From: the human T2T-CHM13v2.0 reference genome, Homo sapiens | Length of the DNA: 64,000 nt | Assembly: GCF_009914755.1 (NCBI RefSeq) | Contig: NC_060937.1 | Reading direction: 5' to 3' (one strand) | Shown: in pieces, positions 13,111 through 26,647 of the stretch | How the letters are laid out: each line of letters begins with the position of its first letter | Numbering within the stretch: the first letter of the stretch is position 1 | The notes under the pieces: generated by a model | Databases searched by the model: none | Told to the model about the DNA's origin: nothing | The model's input: only the letters and a program-made list of their open reading frames with translations | Translations under genes and position numbers: made by a program

Positions 13111-14045
13111 AAAGAATTTTTTCCATAGAGAAAGAATTGCAGGGGATTATGTAGGAAAAGGAAGTGATAAACTGAGAAATCAATTTAATAAATTTTAACT
13201 CTATAATAATGTGTTTTTAAACTCGAGCAGGAATTTTGATGCAGACACTTCTACCAGTGAACAAAATACATCTTGTTCTTTTGGAATTGTTTCATATAAT
13301 TTGTTTACAAATAAGATTCAGTCAGACTGTAGACAACTTATGGCTTATTACACAGAAATGAACTCATGAGCTCTTTCCCATGATTTGTGCCAGTATTTTA
13401 ACCATCGTTTCTATAAAAGTCATAGATGATGCTTAATGCTGACTAGCACTGGATTTACCCTGATATTTTGGTGTTAAGAGGGAGAATTTTAAGAAGAATT
13501 ACTTTAGGATTAAGTGATGTTGATGTTAAGTTATAAACTTTTCTCATATTATCTACATTTGGATCATGAAAGAGGAGAGTCAGTAAATATATTGTAAAAA
13601 GCATGAGGCAATAATTATATATCTTTACTGAAGTTTTTCCATGGAAGCAAAACACATTCCTCATGTCAAGGATTTAACACACAAGTGAATTTTTTTAATG
13701 CATAAATTCAACAGAAAGACACTCTCAGATATGGATGGCATAAAACAACTTACCACCCACATATACTAAAAAAAAATAAATTTAACATCCCAAGAATTGG
13801 AAAGTGCCAAATTAAAGATCTTAGATATGAACAGTAAAGCCAGTTGAATTTAGAGTCATGCTTAATTAGTAGTTAAAGAATATTTATAACTCTGAATACA
13901 AATAGTGAGTCTTTGATGGCTGAATATTTAACTCAAAAGTCTGCAGTTGAAAATCTCAGACATATTCATAAGCATTGCACACTATGATTAGTTTATCAGT
14001 CAGGATTCGAAGAAGCAGACCACTAAGAAATATTCTTATCTCTCT

Positions 14046-14069
14046 TATCTATCTATCTATCTATCTATC
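14046..14069. repeat. (TATC)6 microsatellite
   Basis: Read directly from the sequence. Confidence 0.9.
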
Positions 14070-14242
14070 TACCTAACAATCATCTACCTATATCTATTAA
14101 GGGTTTGATCTTATACAGTTGTGAGAGCTGCTCTATAATACTTTTGTCTTCATGTCTAATATTGTAGTTTGATGTCCTTACAACAGGCATTCAGGAAGCA
14201 AAGATTGTCGTAAAGTGAGAGTGAGCCAGAACGGGCTGGAAC

Positions 14243-15501
14243 AAAGGTGCCAAGGCAATCCAATGAATGAAATAATACAAATTTCAAGAAGTGATTCTTG
14301 GACCATTTTATATCTATAGGCAAAAAAATAAACTTAGATCCTTACCTCACACCATGAACAAAAATTAACTAGAAATGAATGATACAGCTAAATATAAAAG
14401 TAAAACTTCTGGAAGAACACATAGGAGAAAATCTTGATGATTTTGGGTTAGGCACAGAGTTCTTAGCGATGAAACAAAAAGCACAAACCATGAAGGAAAA
14501 AAGATGTTATAAAAATGTAAAACTTTTGTGCTTCCAAAGACACTCGAGTCACAGACAGAGAAAACATTTTCAAATCATATATTTGATAAATAATTTGCAT
14601 CTGAAATATATAAAGAAATCTTACAACTCAATCATTATGAAAATAACCAAATTTTAAAAATGGGCAAAAGACTTGAATAGGCATCCCATCAAAGAAGACA
14701 TACAAATATCTAATAAAAATATGAAGAGGTACTCAATGATCATAAATAGAGAAATGCAAATCAAAAAACAATGAAATACCAATACACACCTATTAGAATG
14801 GCTATAATAAAGAAAGAAAGTCAATAAGAAATATTGACTAGATGTGGAGAAACAGAAACACTTATACATTACTGAGGGAATGCAAAATGGTACAGCCTCT
14901 ATGGAAATCAGGTTGGCAGTTTCATAAATGGTTATATAAAAACTTACCATAGAATTCAGCAACCAATTCCTGGTGAATCTATCCAAGCAGAGAAATGAAA
15001 ACATATATTCACTAAAAGACTTGAACACAAATGCTCATAGCAGCCTTAATCAAAATAGAGAAAAACTGGAAACATTTCAAATGTCTATCAACTGATCAAT
15101 ATATAAGCAAAATATATAAAGCATTTGCAGACAATAAAAAACAAAATATTGATATATACTAAAACATGGATGAACCTCAAAGCCACTATACTAGATGAGA
15201 GATGTCAGACACAAACTACTGTATTTGCAAGATGCCATTTACTTGAAAAATCCAGAAAAGTCGCATTTACAGAGACAGTAAAACAGATAAGTGGCTGCCT
15301 GCGGCTGGTGGTTGGAAAAGCAATTTGCTGCAAATGAACTTAAGGAAATTTTTTTTGTGGGGGGGTGATAGAAATATTCTAAAACTGAATTATTTTGGTG
15401 GTTGCACAATTTCATATATTTACTAAAAGTTAATGAAATTTACCCTTATAATGAGTGATTTTATGGTAAGTAACATATACTTCAATAAATCTGTTAAGAA
15501 A
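14243..15501 (+). mobile_element. Old L1M 3' portion (L1MB/MC/ME-age)
   Basis: ORF2 C-terminal text (KLLEEHIGENLDDFGLG in ORF 14379-14657). The 3'UTR ends ATACTTCAATAAATCTGTTAAG. Confidence 0.82.
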
Positions 15502-16147
15502 CACCCAATGGCCTGAAATCCACAAGCATGAGTTGGAGCCACTAGGATGGACTGAAACCAGTTATGTTTGAGCCTCTGAACTTGATAGTGTAGTTGTCTT
15601 GCAGAAACCAGGGCTCTTCATTAACAGAGCTAAACATACACACCTGGTCTGGCCCAGGAGTTGGAGAAGCTGAAGGAGGATCTAGATGAAGATAGAGCAA
15701 TTTCAGGCTTAGCTACTGTCTCACACCAATGAAGTAAGGCAGCTTATAAATGACAATGTGTGTCAACTAAAACTGCATCCTTCAATTCTGCCCATGGTAC
15801 CTTGTCCAGGAACATACAGGAAAGGGAATTCCAAGCTACATAGGTCAGCCTTGCCAACATTATGAAGCTACCGTTATAGGAAGGGGCAGAGGGAACCTAA
15901 ATGTTCTTTTTTTTTCTTTTCTTTTTTTAACATATAAGGGAGTCACTTAAATGATGCCCATTTATTCTTTCTTTTGACAGAGCCCTATGATGAAATTATT
16001 TTATCAAGCTTTATCAAGGTAAATTGACAAAAATTGTATTATTTAAAGCATACAACTTGATGTTTTGTTGTATGTATACATTGTGGAATGATCACCACAA
16101 TCAAGCTAATTAGCATATCCATCACCCCACAAAGCCACAAAGTTACC

Positions 16148-16212
16148 ATTTTCTTTATTTTTTGAGAGTGAGTCTCACTCTCTCGCCCGGGCTGGAGTGC
16201 AGTGGCACAATC
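16148..16212 (-). mobile_element. Severely 5'-truncated Alu (3' ~65 bp)
   Basis: TTTTTTGAGAGTGAGTCTCACTCTCTCGCCCGGGCTGGAGTGCAGTGGCACAATCT, then the L1 resumes. Confidence 0.85.
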
Positions 16213-18000
16213 TTTCTTTTTATGGTAACAACACTTGAGATCTACCTTCTTAGCAACTTTCAAATATAGAGTACTGCTAGCTATATTCACCATTATTTCA
16301 TGACTGAAACTTTGTGCCATTTGATCAATGTGTCCCCATTTCTGTCACGTGCAAACCCTGGAAACCACATTTTACTCTCTCTTAATAGTTTGACTATTTG
16401 AGATTCCACGTATGAGTGAAATGACGCAGTATTTGTCTCTTGTATCTGACTTATTTCACCTAACACAATGTTCTTCAGGTTTATTCATGCTATTACAAAT
16501 GGCAAGATGTCCTTTTTTAAGGCTGAATAATATTACACTGTGTGTGTATGAGTGTGTGTTTGTGTATATAACATTGTCTTTATGCATTTATCTGACAACA
16601 GGCATTTCGGTTGTTTTCATGTTTTGGCTAGTGTGAATAGGCTGAAATCCACATGGAAATGCAGATATCTCTTTGAGATACTAATTATACTGGATATATA
16701 CTCAGCAGTAGGATTATTGAATGATATGGTAGTTATATGTTTAATTTTCTGAGGAATCTCTATACTGCTTTTCAAATGTACCAATTTGCATTTCCACCAA
16801 CAGCGTATGAGTTCCCTTTTCTCCATCCACATCCTCGCCAACATGTTATCTTTTGTCTTTTCGATAATAACTATTCTAATAGGTGTGAGGTGATATCTCA
16901 TTTTGGTTCCAATTTGCATTTCCCTAATGATTGATGTTGAGCATTTTTTCATGTACTTGTTGGTCATTCGTATGTCTTCTTTGGAGAAATGTCTATTCAG
17001 GTGCTGTGCCCATTTTTTAATCAAATTATTTTTTGCTATTGAGTTGTATGAGTTCTTTATATATTAACTCTTTATTACAGATATGGTTTACAAATATTAA
17101 AAAAATATTAAGGGATATTAACCCCTTATTAGAGATATGGTTTACAAATATTTTCTCCAATTCTGTAGGTTGCTTTTTCATTCTGTTGATGGTTCCCTTT
17201 GTTGTAGAGGAGATTTTTAGTTTGATGCAATCCCACTTGTCTAGTTTTGCATTTTTTCCTGTGTTTTTGGTGTATTATAAAAAATGATTGTCAAAACCAA
17301 TGTCTAGAAGCTTTTTCCTTGTGTTTTCTTCTAGTAGTTTTATGGATTTCAGGTCTTACATTTAAGTCAATATTTTAAGTCTAAAATATATTTTGAGTTA
17401 ATTTTTGTATATGGTATGAGATAAAGGCCTAATTTCATTTTTCTGCATGTGGGGATCTAGTTTTTCCAGCACTGTTTATTGATTGCTTTGGCCATTTGGG
17501 GCTGTGGTCCTTTGTAAATTTTAGTATTTTTTTTTCTTCTGTAAAGAATGCCATTAGGACTTTGATAAGGATTGTATTGAATCTGTAGATCACTTGGGTA
17601 GTATGGGCATTTTAATACCATTTATTCTTCCAATTCATAAACATAGGATATCTTTCAACTTATCTATCTTCTTTAATTTCCTTCATCAATGTTTTCTAAT
17701 TTTCAGTGTAGAAATCTGTCATCTATTTGGTTAAGTTTATTCCTAAATATTTTATTATTTTTGATGCTATCGTGATTGGATTGTTTTCTTAATTTCCCTT
17801 TTCAAACAGTTCATTGTTAGTGATTAGAAATGCCACCCATTTTTATGTTGATTTTGTACCCTAAAATTTTGCTGATTGTTTAGTAGTTCTAACAGGTTTT
17901 TATTTTTTTGAGTCTTTAGGGTTTTCTACATATATGATCAGATCATGTGCTGAGATAATGTTACTTCTTCCTTTTCCATTTGTATGCCTTTTATCTTTTT

Positions 18001-18400
<400 letters not shown>

Positions 18401-19338
18401 TTAGAGAAAAAGGTGTCATTTTTTTCCCCATTGATTATAATATTAGCTGTAGGGTTTTTTTTTTAAATATGGCTCTTATTGTGTTGAAGAAATTTTCTTC
18501 TATAACTATTTTGTTGAGAGTTTGGGATGTTGAACTTTGTCAAATGCTTTTTCTACACCTATTTGAGGTGATCACGTGGCTTTTGGTCCTTCATTCTGTT
18601 ACTGTGGTGTATTACATTGATAGATTTGTGTGTATTCAACCATCCTTGCATCCCAAGGATAAATCCCACTTTGTCATAGTATGTAATCCTTTTGATGTGC
18701 TGTTGAATCTGATTTGCAACCATTTTATTGGGGATATGTGTTTATTTGGGATATTGGCCTGAAGTTTTCTTTACGTGTGTTATGTTTCTGCCTTTGGTGT
18801 CACAGTGATGCCGGCCTCATGAAATGACTTTGGGAGTGTTTCCTCCTCTGATTTTTGGAAGAGCTTAAGATGGATTGACATTAATTTTTCTTTAAATGTT
18901 TGGCAGAATTTAACCATGAAGGCTTTTGGTCTTGGCCTTTTCTTTGTTAGGAGGTTTTAGATGATTGTTTCAATAGCCTTAGTAGGTCTGTTCAGATTTT
19001 CAAATCTCTTTATGATTCAGTCTTATATGTTTCTAGAAATTTATCCATTTCTTCTAGGTTATCCAACTTGGAATGTAATTTTTTATAATTTTCCCTCTGA
19101 TCCTTTTTATTCTGAGGCTTCTGCTGTAATGTCTTCTCTTTTATTCCTGATTTTATTTGTCTTTTCTCTTTTTTCTTAGTATAGTTAAGAGTTTGTTGAT
19201 TTTGTTTATCTTAAAAAATACAACACTTAGTTTTGTTTATTTTTCTATTTTCTGTTTGATTTGTTTCTGCCCTATTCTTTATAGTTTCTTTTCCTCTGCT
19301 AACTTTCGGCTCAGCTTGTTCTTTTTCTTGTTCCTTGA

Positions 19339-19666
<328 letters not shown>

Positions 19667-20202
19667 TAATGTAGGTTTTTATTGTTAGAAACTTTCCTCT
19701 TAGTACTGCTTTTGCTGCATTCTATAAGCTTTATTATGTTGTGTTTTCACTTTCCTTGTTCCAAGATATATTAAAATTCCCTTGTCTTAGAAGAATCCTT
19801 AAATTAACCATTAGTACCAGTAGACTTTTTTCAAGAAACTTGAGTTAAAACCAAACAAAATATAGTCCATGGAGCAAAAGAGAATGCAGACATATCATGA
19901 ACAACAGAAAATGTCTTAAAACAGATAAATGCTTGTGATATAATTTTAAATATAAAATAAAGGGGTATATTAAATTTTTGTAAAATATACCAGAACGTTT
20001 ACTTTGTTTGTATTATGGGATTAGAGTGAAGTGAGTTTTATTTCTCTTTATACTTACTTGTATTTTATATATTTTTTACAATGACCAAATATTTCCAGGA
20101 AAAAAATTATAAAATATATTTAACTTCAACCAAATAGTTAGGCTTAGAATATTTATTAAGTGAGCAAATTTTATTTCTCTGAAGAGTTAGTATTACTTTC
20201 CT

Positions 20203-20372
20203 TAAAATACAAAAACAATGGTAAGTACACTTATCATTAATTGGTAAAATTGTATTGGTAAAATACAAAAAGTAATTGTATGGGTAAAATACAAAAACAA
20301 TGGTAAGTACACTTACCATTAATTGGTGAGTACAGTGGTAAGTATATTTACCATTAAAGGTAAATACACTTA
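20203..20372. repeat. Local duplication array built on a 22-bp palindrome
   Basis: 43-bp direct repeat at 20203-20245 and 20285-20327 (1 mismatch) containing AATGGTAAGT-AC-ACTTACCATT. Two further degenerate copies follow. Confidence 0.85.
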
Positions 20373-21351
20373 ATATAGTGATATGCAATGAAATATTTGT
20401 GTTTCTTGTAAGTTTTAGTGTATCTTCTATAAATTATTTTAAGTAGTTCAGGAGTAAAATACATTTGATAGTCCATAACAACATTGTTTGTGGGTACATA
20501 AGCAATGGTGAATACAATCATGCAAAACTTCCCAGGCAGTCCTTCTTTTGTTTGCGAAAGCACATTTTGCAACAGTGTATTTCTATTTCAATAGAACATC
20601 CTAATCATGGCTTAAAAACAGAAAGTGCTTGAGAAAGCAATTATGTTAGATGAAGAAAACTCAATTCTTAACAGACTTTAGAGCATCTTTTAAATTGTCA
20701 ATTTTTGATCAGATTCTTAGGGTATTTTCAGGAGGATGGAGGGGGATGCCTTCCTTTGGTGGCGTGGGGTTGGGTACAGGTGAGGGGTGGGTTTAATTCA
20801 GGAGTCAAATAGAAAAATCCTGGTTGTTCATGGGGCAACTTGTTTTCCTCTTACCCAACCCCACCCCTTAAGGAACAGATGGAAGTAACATGTCTTACCA
20901 TTCTTGGGATCTCTACCTAGTGTCTGGGTATTACACTTTGTCAGGCCTCTGGGCAGATGCTGAGTAACAATGCTTAGGAGTATGGTGTTGAACTTTCTGC
21001 TAAGGAAGGTGTTATCAATGTGTCAGCACCTTTAATTTGTTTGCTTTCCTTCTGAACAGTTAGCAGAAACACGAGAATAAACCACAATTTTACTTTGTAC
21101 AGCAACAATGACTTCACTCCCAAAGTTGCATAACTATGCAAATGCAATTCTTCTAAAACACATATTTTAAAAACCATGATGAGTCTCATGTGATGTGATC
21201 CTACTTCCCATGATAGAAGTCATTGAAGATGTGTCATTAGGATGTGTGGGAGAAAATGCTTCCTCAAGTCTCCAGGATTTGAGACAAAGTATTGCAGGTT
21301 AGATTAACTAAATGAAGATAATGACGGATCTTAGGTATAGCATAGTGGTAA

Positions 21352-21522
<171 letters not shown>

Positions 21523-21949
21523 TGATTAATATCTCCCATTGAACTCCTGCAATGACTTCAGCTGTTTGTCCTTCCTGTATCACTTCATATAGACCCAGTA
21601 CATTTTAGGCAAGTATCAGGGCCCTGTAAATTTTCGACTCAAGTGATGAATACTTGAATACATAGATGTGGCTCTGACAACTATGAAAATTAACACTTTA
21701 TTTTAGATACATCTAATTTAGCATAACCCCATGACTGGATTTTGTAATTTGGGACAGTAGATTTGAGGGTTGCCTCTGTGAATAGATTAGATTACCGTTC
21801 ATGTCCCTCTCAACTCTGAAATTTCATAAGTCTATGGCTAGACACTTAACCCATAAGTCCCTCAAAAAATATTTCAATTGTTTCCTTCTTTCTGTTCTTA
21901 GCTTTGGTTTATGCATTAGTAAATAATTAAGATATAAGAATTGTTATAA

Positions 21950-22395
21950 TTTGTTGAGCTGTATGTAATAAAGGACCAAAATAACAGTGGTTTAAATAGA
22001 TAGACACTTTTTTTCTCATGTAAAGTTAGGATCTAGAATGTTCGGGGCACAACAGTTGCCTGGGACTCAGGCTACTTTGAGATGTCCACAATGCCACCCT
22101 TAAGGAGCAATTTTTATTCACCTAATCTACATTTTACCTCCATTCATCACATTCATGATCTAAGCAGGGTAGAAGAAAGGGAGAAAAAGTGGCTAGCACT
22201 TTCCCTTAAGGTGTATCTTATAAGTCATTTACATCTTCTCTCCTAACACTCCATTGATCAGAATTTTCCACAGGGTTACAGCTAGTGGCAAATGAGGCTG
22301 GTAAGGTTGTCTTCCCTCCCACCCTCCAAATATCCATGTGCTTGGCTTAAATTGGATTTCTATTATTGTTAAAAGAAAGAGTGCTTATTAAAACA
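21950..22395 (-). mobile_element. LTR33-like ERVL LTR
   Basis: AAAATAACAGTGGTTTAAATAGATAG...TTCTCATGTAAAG; CCATTGATCAGAATTTT...AGCTAGTGGCAAATGAGGCTGG. Confidence 0.6.
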
Positions 22396-22416
22396 TGCTT
22401 ATATGCTTGGGCACAA

Positions 22417-22492
22417 CATCCATCCATCTATCTATCTATCTATCTATCTATCAGTTTTACACACACACACACAGAGACACATACACATATAC
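22417..22492. repeat. Compound (ATCC)(ATCT)n / (CA)n microsatellite
   Basis: Read directly from the sequence. Confidence 0.85.
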
Positions 22493-22679
22493 ACAAACAA
22501 ATTGGTTTTCCAGAAAATCTCATTATTTTTCCCTCTACCACAGTGCAAGGCAGGTTTATTTTCCATATGTCATTTAAAATTTGATTCAATAGAAATTAAT
22601 TACATGCCTATTTTGAATCAAAACTTAATCTAGTGTTTAAGTATGTTGGCTTTTGTCTTAGATGAGTACAGTGTTGTCA

Positions 22680-22845
22680 GTTGCCACCTGTGTGATATGA
22701 ACAAGTTAATCTCCATAAGTTTTCATTTTCTCACCTGAAAATATATGTAATAATATATAACTTGCAGATGTGTTGTTATATTTAAATAATAAAAATTTAT
22801 ATAAAACTCTTAACAGTGTTAGGCACATACAAATAATCAGTAAAC
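22680..22845 (+). mobile_element. MIR fragment
   Basis: TGTGTGATATGAACAAGTTAATCTCC...TTTTCTCACCTGAAAAT...TTAACAGTGTTAGGCACATA. Confidence 0.65.
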
Positions 22846-23000
22846 CAAGTTTTTAAAAATTTCTTCTTAATTCTTAGGTACTGTGAGAATAAAACATGAC
22901 TACTTCCATTCCTTTCATTAAATTACTTTATAAGGCATTATGTCATCTGCAGTGTAGAGAAGAAAAGAATGAAAGTAAGAAGCAGTCAAGAACTTTTTTA

Positions 23001-23300
23001 GGCAGGGCACAGTGGCTCATACCTGTAATCCCAGCACTTTGGGAGACCGAGGCGGGTGGATCACCTGAGGTTAAGAGTTCGTGACCAGCCTAGCCAACAT
23101 GGTGAAACCCCCGTCTGTACTAAAAATACAAATTTAGCCGGGCGTGGTGGTGCATACCTGTAATCCCAGCTACTTGGGAGGCTGAAGCAGGAGAATTGCT
23201 AGAACCAACCTGCGAGGCTGAGGTTGCCATGAGCCGAGAGCACGCCATTGCACTCCAGCCTGGGCAAGAAGAGCGAAACTCTGTCTCAAAAAAAAAAAAA
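23001..23300 (+). mobile_element. AluSq/Sx
   Basis: Full dimer GGCAGGGCACAGTGGCTCA...AAGAGCGAAACTCTGTCTC with an A-tail. Confidence 0.92.
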
Positions 23301-23304
23301 CTTT

Positions 23305-23700
23305 TGTAATTCTTACCTAATTATACGACCTGGAGCAAGTCCCTTCTCTTGAGTCTGAGGTTTTTCATCTGAAAAATGGCAACAGTTATAATACATGTTA
23401 GAACTTCATGAGTAGCAAATGTCATTATGTTTCTGACATACTTTGAAAACTCTAATACACTTAAGGTGAGCAACGATAAAATAGCTGCTGTTAACTAGTG
23501 TTAATTCACACCAAAATTGTGCTGAGATCTTTACGTGTATTATCTCATTTAACCTCTTTAATCATCCTGTAACATATATATTATGAAATCTATTTATCAT
23601 GAGCAAAAAAAGGACTTAGAGTTCCAAGATCACACCAGTTTGTGGCCAAGAATTCAAACCCAGATATGTTTATGTCCAAAATCAATACTGTAAAATATAT
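23305..23700. mobile_element. Two MIR fragments (plus then minus strand)
   Basis: GACCTGGAGCAAGTCCCTT...TTTTTCATCTGAAAAATGG; TATTATCTCATTTAACCTC...GAATTCAAACCCAG. Confidence 0.6.
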
Positions 23701-24362
23701 TTTATGGTGCTACTAGTAATGAAGTGGTTCAGTGCATGGGAAAAATGTGCTAAGGACAGTGGATACTTTAATTTTGCCAGATCGTAGGGAATGTAGAACT
23801 GTGGAAGTCAGGACTGGAGGACAGGCTGGAGACACCATTTGGAAAGTTCTGAATGTAACGGCGAGGATTCAATTTAAATGAGGAAGATATGAGGAACTAT
23901 GGAAGATTCTTATGAACATTCAAGCTGTGACTTAGAAGGGTTGAAATAGATGAATTAAATACGGGTGGGGAAAAAAAGCAGAGAGATGACTAAGAAGCTG
24001 TTTCAGCATTCTGCTATGGACCAGAACTAGGGCGCCGGTCATGGGAATGCTGCACAGTGAGTCTGTGTCTAGGAATGTTCTAGTGCTCACATGCCACTTA
24101 TTAAGGATGTGTTCAGGAGGAACTTGTTGATGTGCCACTTTAACACTTTAAGGCAACCCTCCCATATCAGCAGCAGGGCACCAAAGGCATACTCCCATCA
24201 GTATTCTGGGTTTGCATGAGTTCCTTCTGAGCCAGACTTTTGCCACATTATCCCTACTTGTGACTTATCTCTTATTTCCTCTTGCTTGCTTCAAACCCAT
24301 CTCTGATTTTGGCACCTTTAGTTTTCTTGGCTTTTGACCTCTGTTTTGCAAAATGTAGGTTT

Positions 24363-24881
24363 TGTTATTATTATGCAGGTGACCAGATTAGGAGATGGTT
24401 GCCATTGAAAAGGTAGTTTGTTACTCACAGTTCCAGGAGGAAGGGGTACACCATGCCACACCTGGCCACCCTGGGGAAGCGCTGGCATCAGGAGGCAGAG
24501 GGAGTGAGGGGAAAATGTGGACAAAAGTCTTTATTATGGTTTCCACAGGAAGTGACTGGCAAGGAAGGGCAAACAGGTTTGGTATTGATGAGTTCGAGTA
24601 ATTTCAGCACGCTATGGGATCTAGGGGCTGTCCCTAGTTGTCTGGTATCTGGGTCTGGGGTGAGTAGGGCAGGCGGGTAGTGGTCCTCAGTGTAAAGGAC
24701 TAATAAAGAAGGTGGTTGAGATGTGGGCTCTGGATTGGTTACTTGGTATATGAAAGGTGCACTCATAAGCTAGTCTTTTACTATCTCTAAGAATTAACTA
24801 GGGTCAGTCTTTCCAGAGTCTGCAAGTCTCCAAGATGTCAAAGCATCAAATATAAAGAAACTAGAAAATGTGGTTATTATA
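24363..24881 (-). mobile_element. MER74-like ERVL solo LTR
   Basis: The minus strand reads ...TTTGATGCTTTGACATCTTGG...TTCATATACCAAGTAACCAATCCAGAGCCC, matching recalled MER74. Confidence 0.7.
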
Positions 24882-25184
24882 TTTTGACCCACTGTTTTTA
24901 TTCCTAGCTTATAATCAATAGTTTTCTTCTTGACTCATCAAAATCAGACCTACTTACAGATATTTTCTGAGCTTTCTTACTTAGCCAAAGGCATTCATTC
25001 TCGTGCATGAGGAGGTGGGGCAAGGCCGTTCCCATAAACAAAGTCCCACATGATGGTAATGGCTACATACCTAGGTCTAAAGTGGTCCAGACAGTGAGAA
25101 AAAGAACTTACATGTTTCAGAATGCTGTGACATGACCTGTATGATATGTGGCACTGATCAGTAGTTACCATCAGTGTATGCTGC

Positions 25185-25340
25185 ATTAGAAATCAGGAGA
25201 ATTGAGCCTACTATCTATGTTGACACTAACTATCTATGTGACTTTAAATCATTTTGCTTCATTGGTTTTCAGTTTTGTCTTTTGTAAAGAAAGAATTGGA
25301 TTAGGTACTTCTGCAGCTCTTCTAGCTTCAGTATTCTATG
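25185..25340 (+). mobile_element. MIR/MIR3 fragment
   Basis: TTAGAAATCAGGAGAATTGAG...CTATGTGACTTT...CAGTTTTGTCTTTTGTAAA. Confidence 0.55.
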
Positions 25341-26366
25341 ATGCTAGCCCATGAAATACATATGCTGCAGTACTTAAATGGATTTCTTTTCATTTCTAAC
25401 TTGATATGCCAACTAGACAGTCTCTTTTAGCTTTTAGCTGAAAATGTTCTATTATATCCCTCATTCTTCCCTTCAAAAAGAGTACAATGTTAGGGAATTT
25501 ATTACACTTAACATAACATGTGTTTATGGTTCAGTATGAGAACCCACTATTTTTTCCTCTGCTAAGGTTGGATAAAAAACAGCAGCCTAATCAGTGATTA
25601 TGAACTCTGAGCTCAGCTTTCCATTTACAAACAGTGAGGCTGAAAGCTATAAACATTCTTACTTCTGCCTGGGAAGAGTTGAATGTTCCAGCAAATGTAC
25701 ATTACACTGGAAAATCCAGGATTAGTTTTCAATGTCTCTGTAACATGTTGTTTCCACAATTACTCCCCACGTTAGCAGAATGTCCTCAAGTTTTTGGAGG
25801 GTGCTTTGCCTGGAGCTTGGCAGGACTCATACTGCATCCTCAGAGCTGGATGCTTTCAAATAAAGCTCTCCTGGAAGTAAAAACTTGTTTTGTCCTCATC
25901 CACCCTCCCTTGTTTGTTTAGCTTCCTTTGGTGGGAATGAAGTGGGTGAAACAGTCTGTTAACTCGTAAAAGCCTAAGGCATTTGCATTTAAGAAAACAA
26001 TACATATATTAGTATGTTGGATAAGGAGAGGCAGGGCTGCTTATTTATGCTAGATGAGTAGCAATCTTCAAATTCATATCATAATTTTAATTTATAATTT
26101 TTGTCCAAAATGGGACAAAAAAAAAAAAAACGGCAAGGGAGCAGAATGGTGGTGATGGGGAGAAGTAGAAAAAGGGGAAAAAAAGGACCCATTTGAATTC
26201 TCAAGAAATAATTATTTGGTAGTGTTTTATTAATTTGAATTATAGGAAAGCTCAATGATATCACTCTTACATGTAGATAGGTTGTAGGGCATCTTTAAGG
26301 TCAAGTGTTCAGAAAAGCGAGTTAACAGACTTTTAATGGTGGGCATTTCTTTAGCAGCAGATGTGA

Positions 26367-26647
26367 CCCCATGTTTCTCAATGACCCCAAGGCAAGAGTG
26401 ATGGGCCCCCATATTTCTCAATGCCCCCAAGGCAAGAGTGATGGGCCCCCATGTTTCTCAATGCCCCCAAGGCAAGAGTGATGGGCCCCCATGTTTCTCA
26501 ATGCCCCCAAGGCAAGAGTGATGGGCCCCCATGTTTCTCAATGCCCCCAAGGCAAGAGTGATGGGCCCCCATGTTTCTCAATGCCCCCAAGGCAAGAGTG
26601 ATGGGCCCCCATGTTTCTCAATGCCCCCAAGGCAAGAGTGATGGGCC
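26367..26647. repeat. Minisatellite/VNTR, 40-bp unit x 7
   Basis: Unit ATGTTTCTCAATGCCCCCAAGGCAAGAGTGATGGGCCCCC starts at 26371, 26411, 26451, 26491, 26531, 26571 and 26611. Single substitutions occur only in copies 1 and 2. Confidence 0.98.

Larger units (their letters stand above)
13993..15878 (-). mobile_element. ERVL-class solo LTR (LTR41/LTR52-like), split into 13993-14242 and 15502-15878 by an L1
   Basis: The minus-strand start reads ...TTGGCAAGGCTGACCTATG...GAATTCCCTTTCCTGTATGTTCCTGG. The left piece has TCAGTCAGGATTC...GAAGCAGACCACTAAGA. Subfamily uncertain. Confidence 0.55.

Noticed and set aside
20203-20372. Palindromic repeats with spacers resembling CRISPR
   Set aside because: Spacing is irregular and the intervening DNA is itself made of duplicated pieces.
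26367-26647. Possible CRISPR array
   Set aside because: Units are head-to-tail with no unique spacers, there are no cas genes, and the context is primate DNA. It is a minisatellite.
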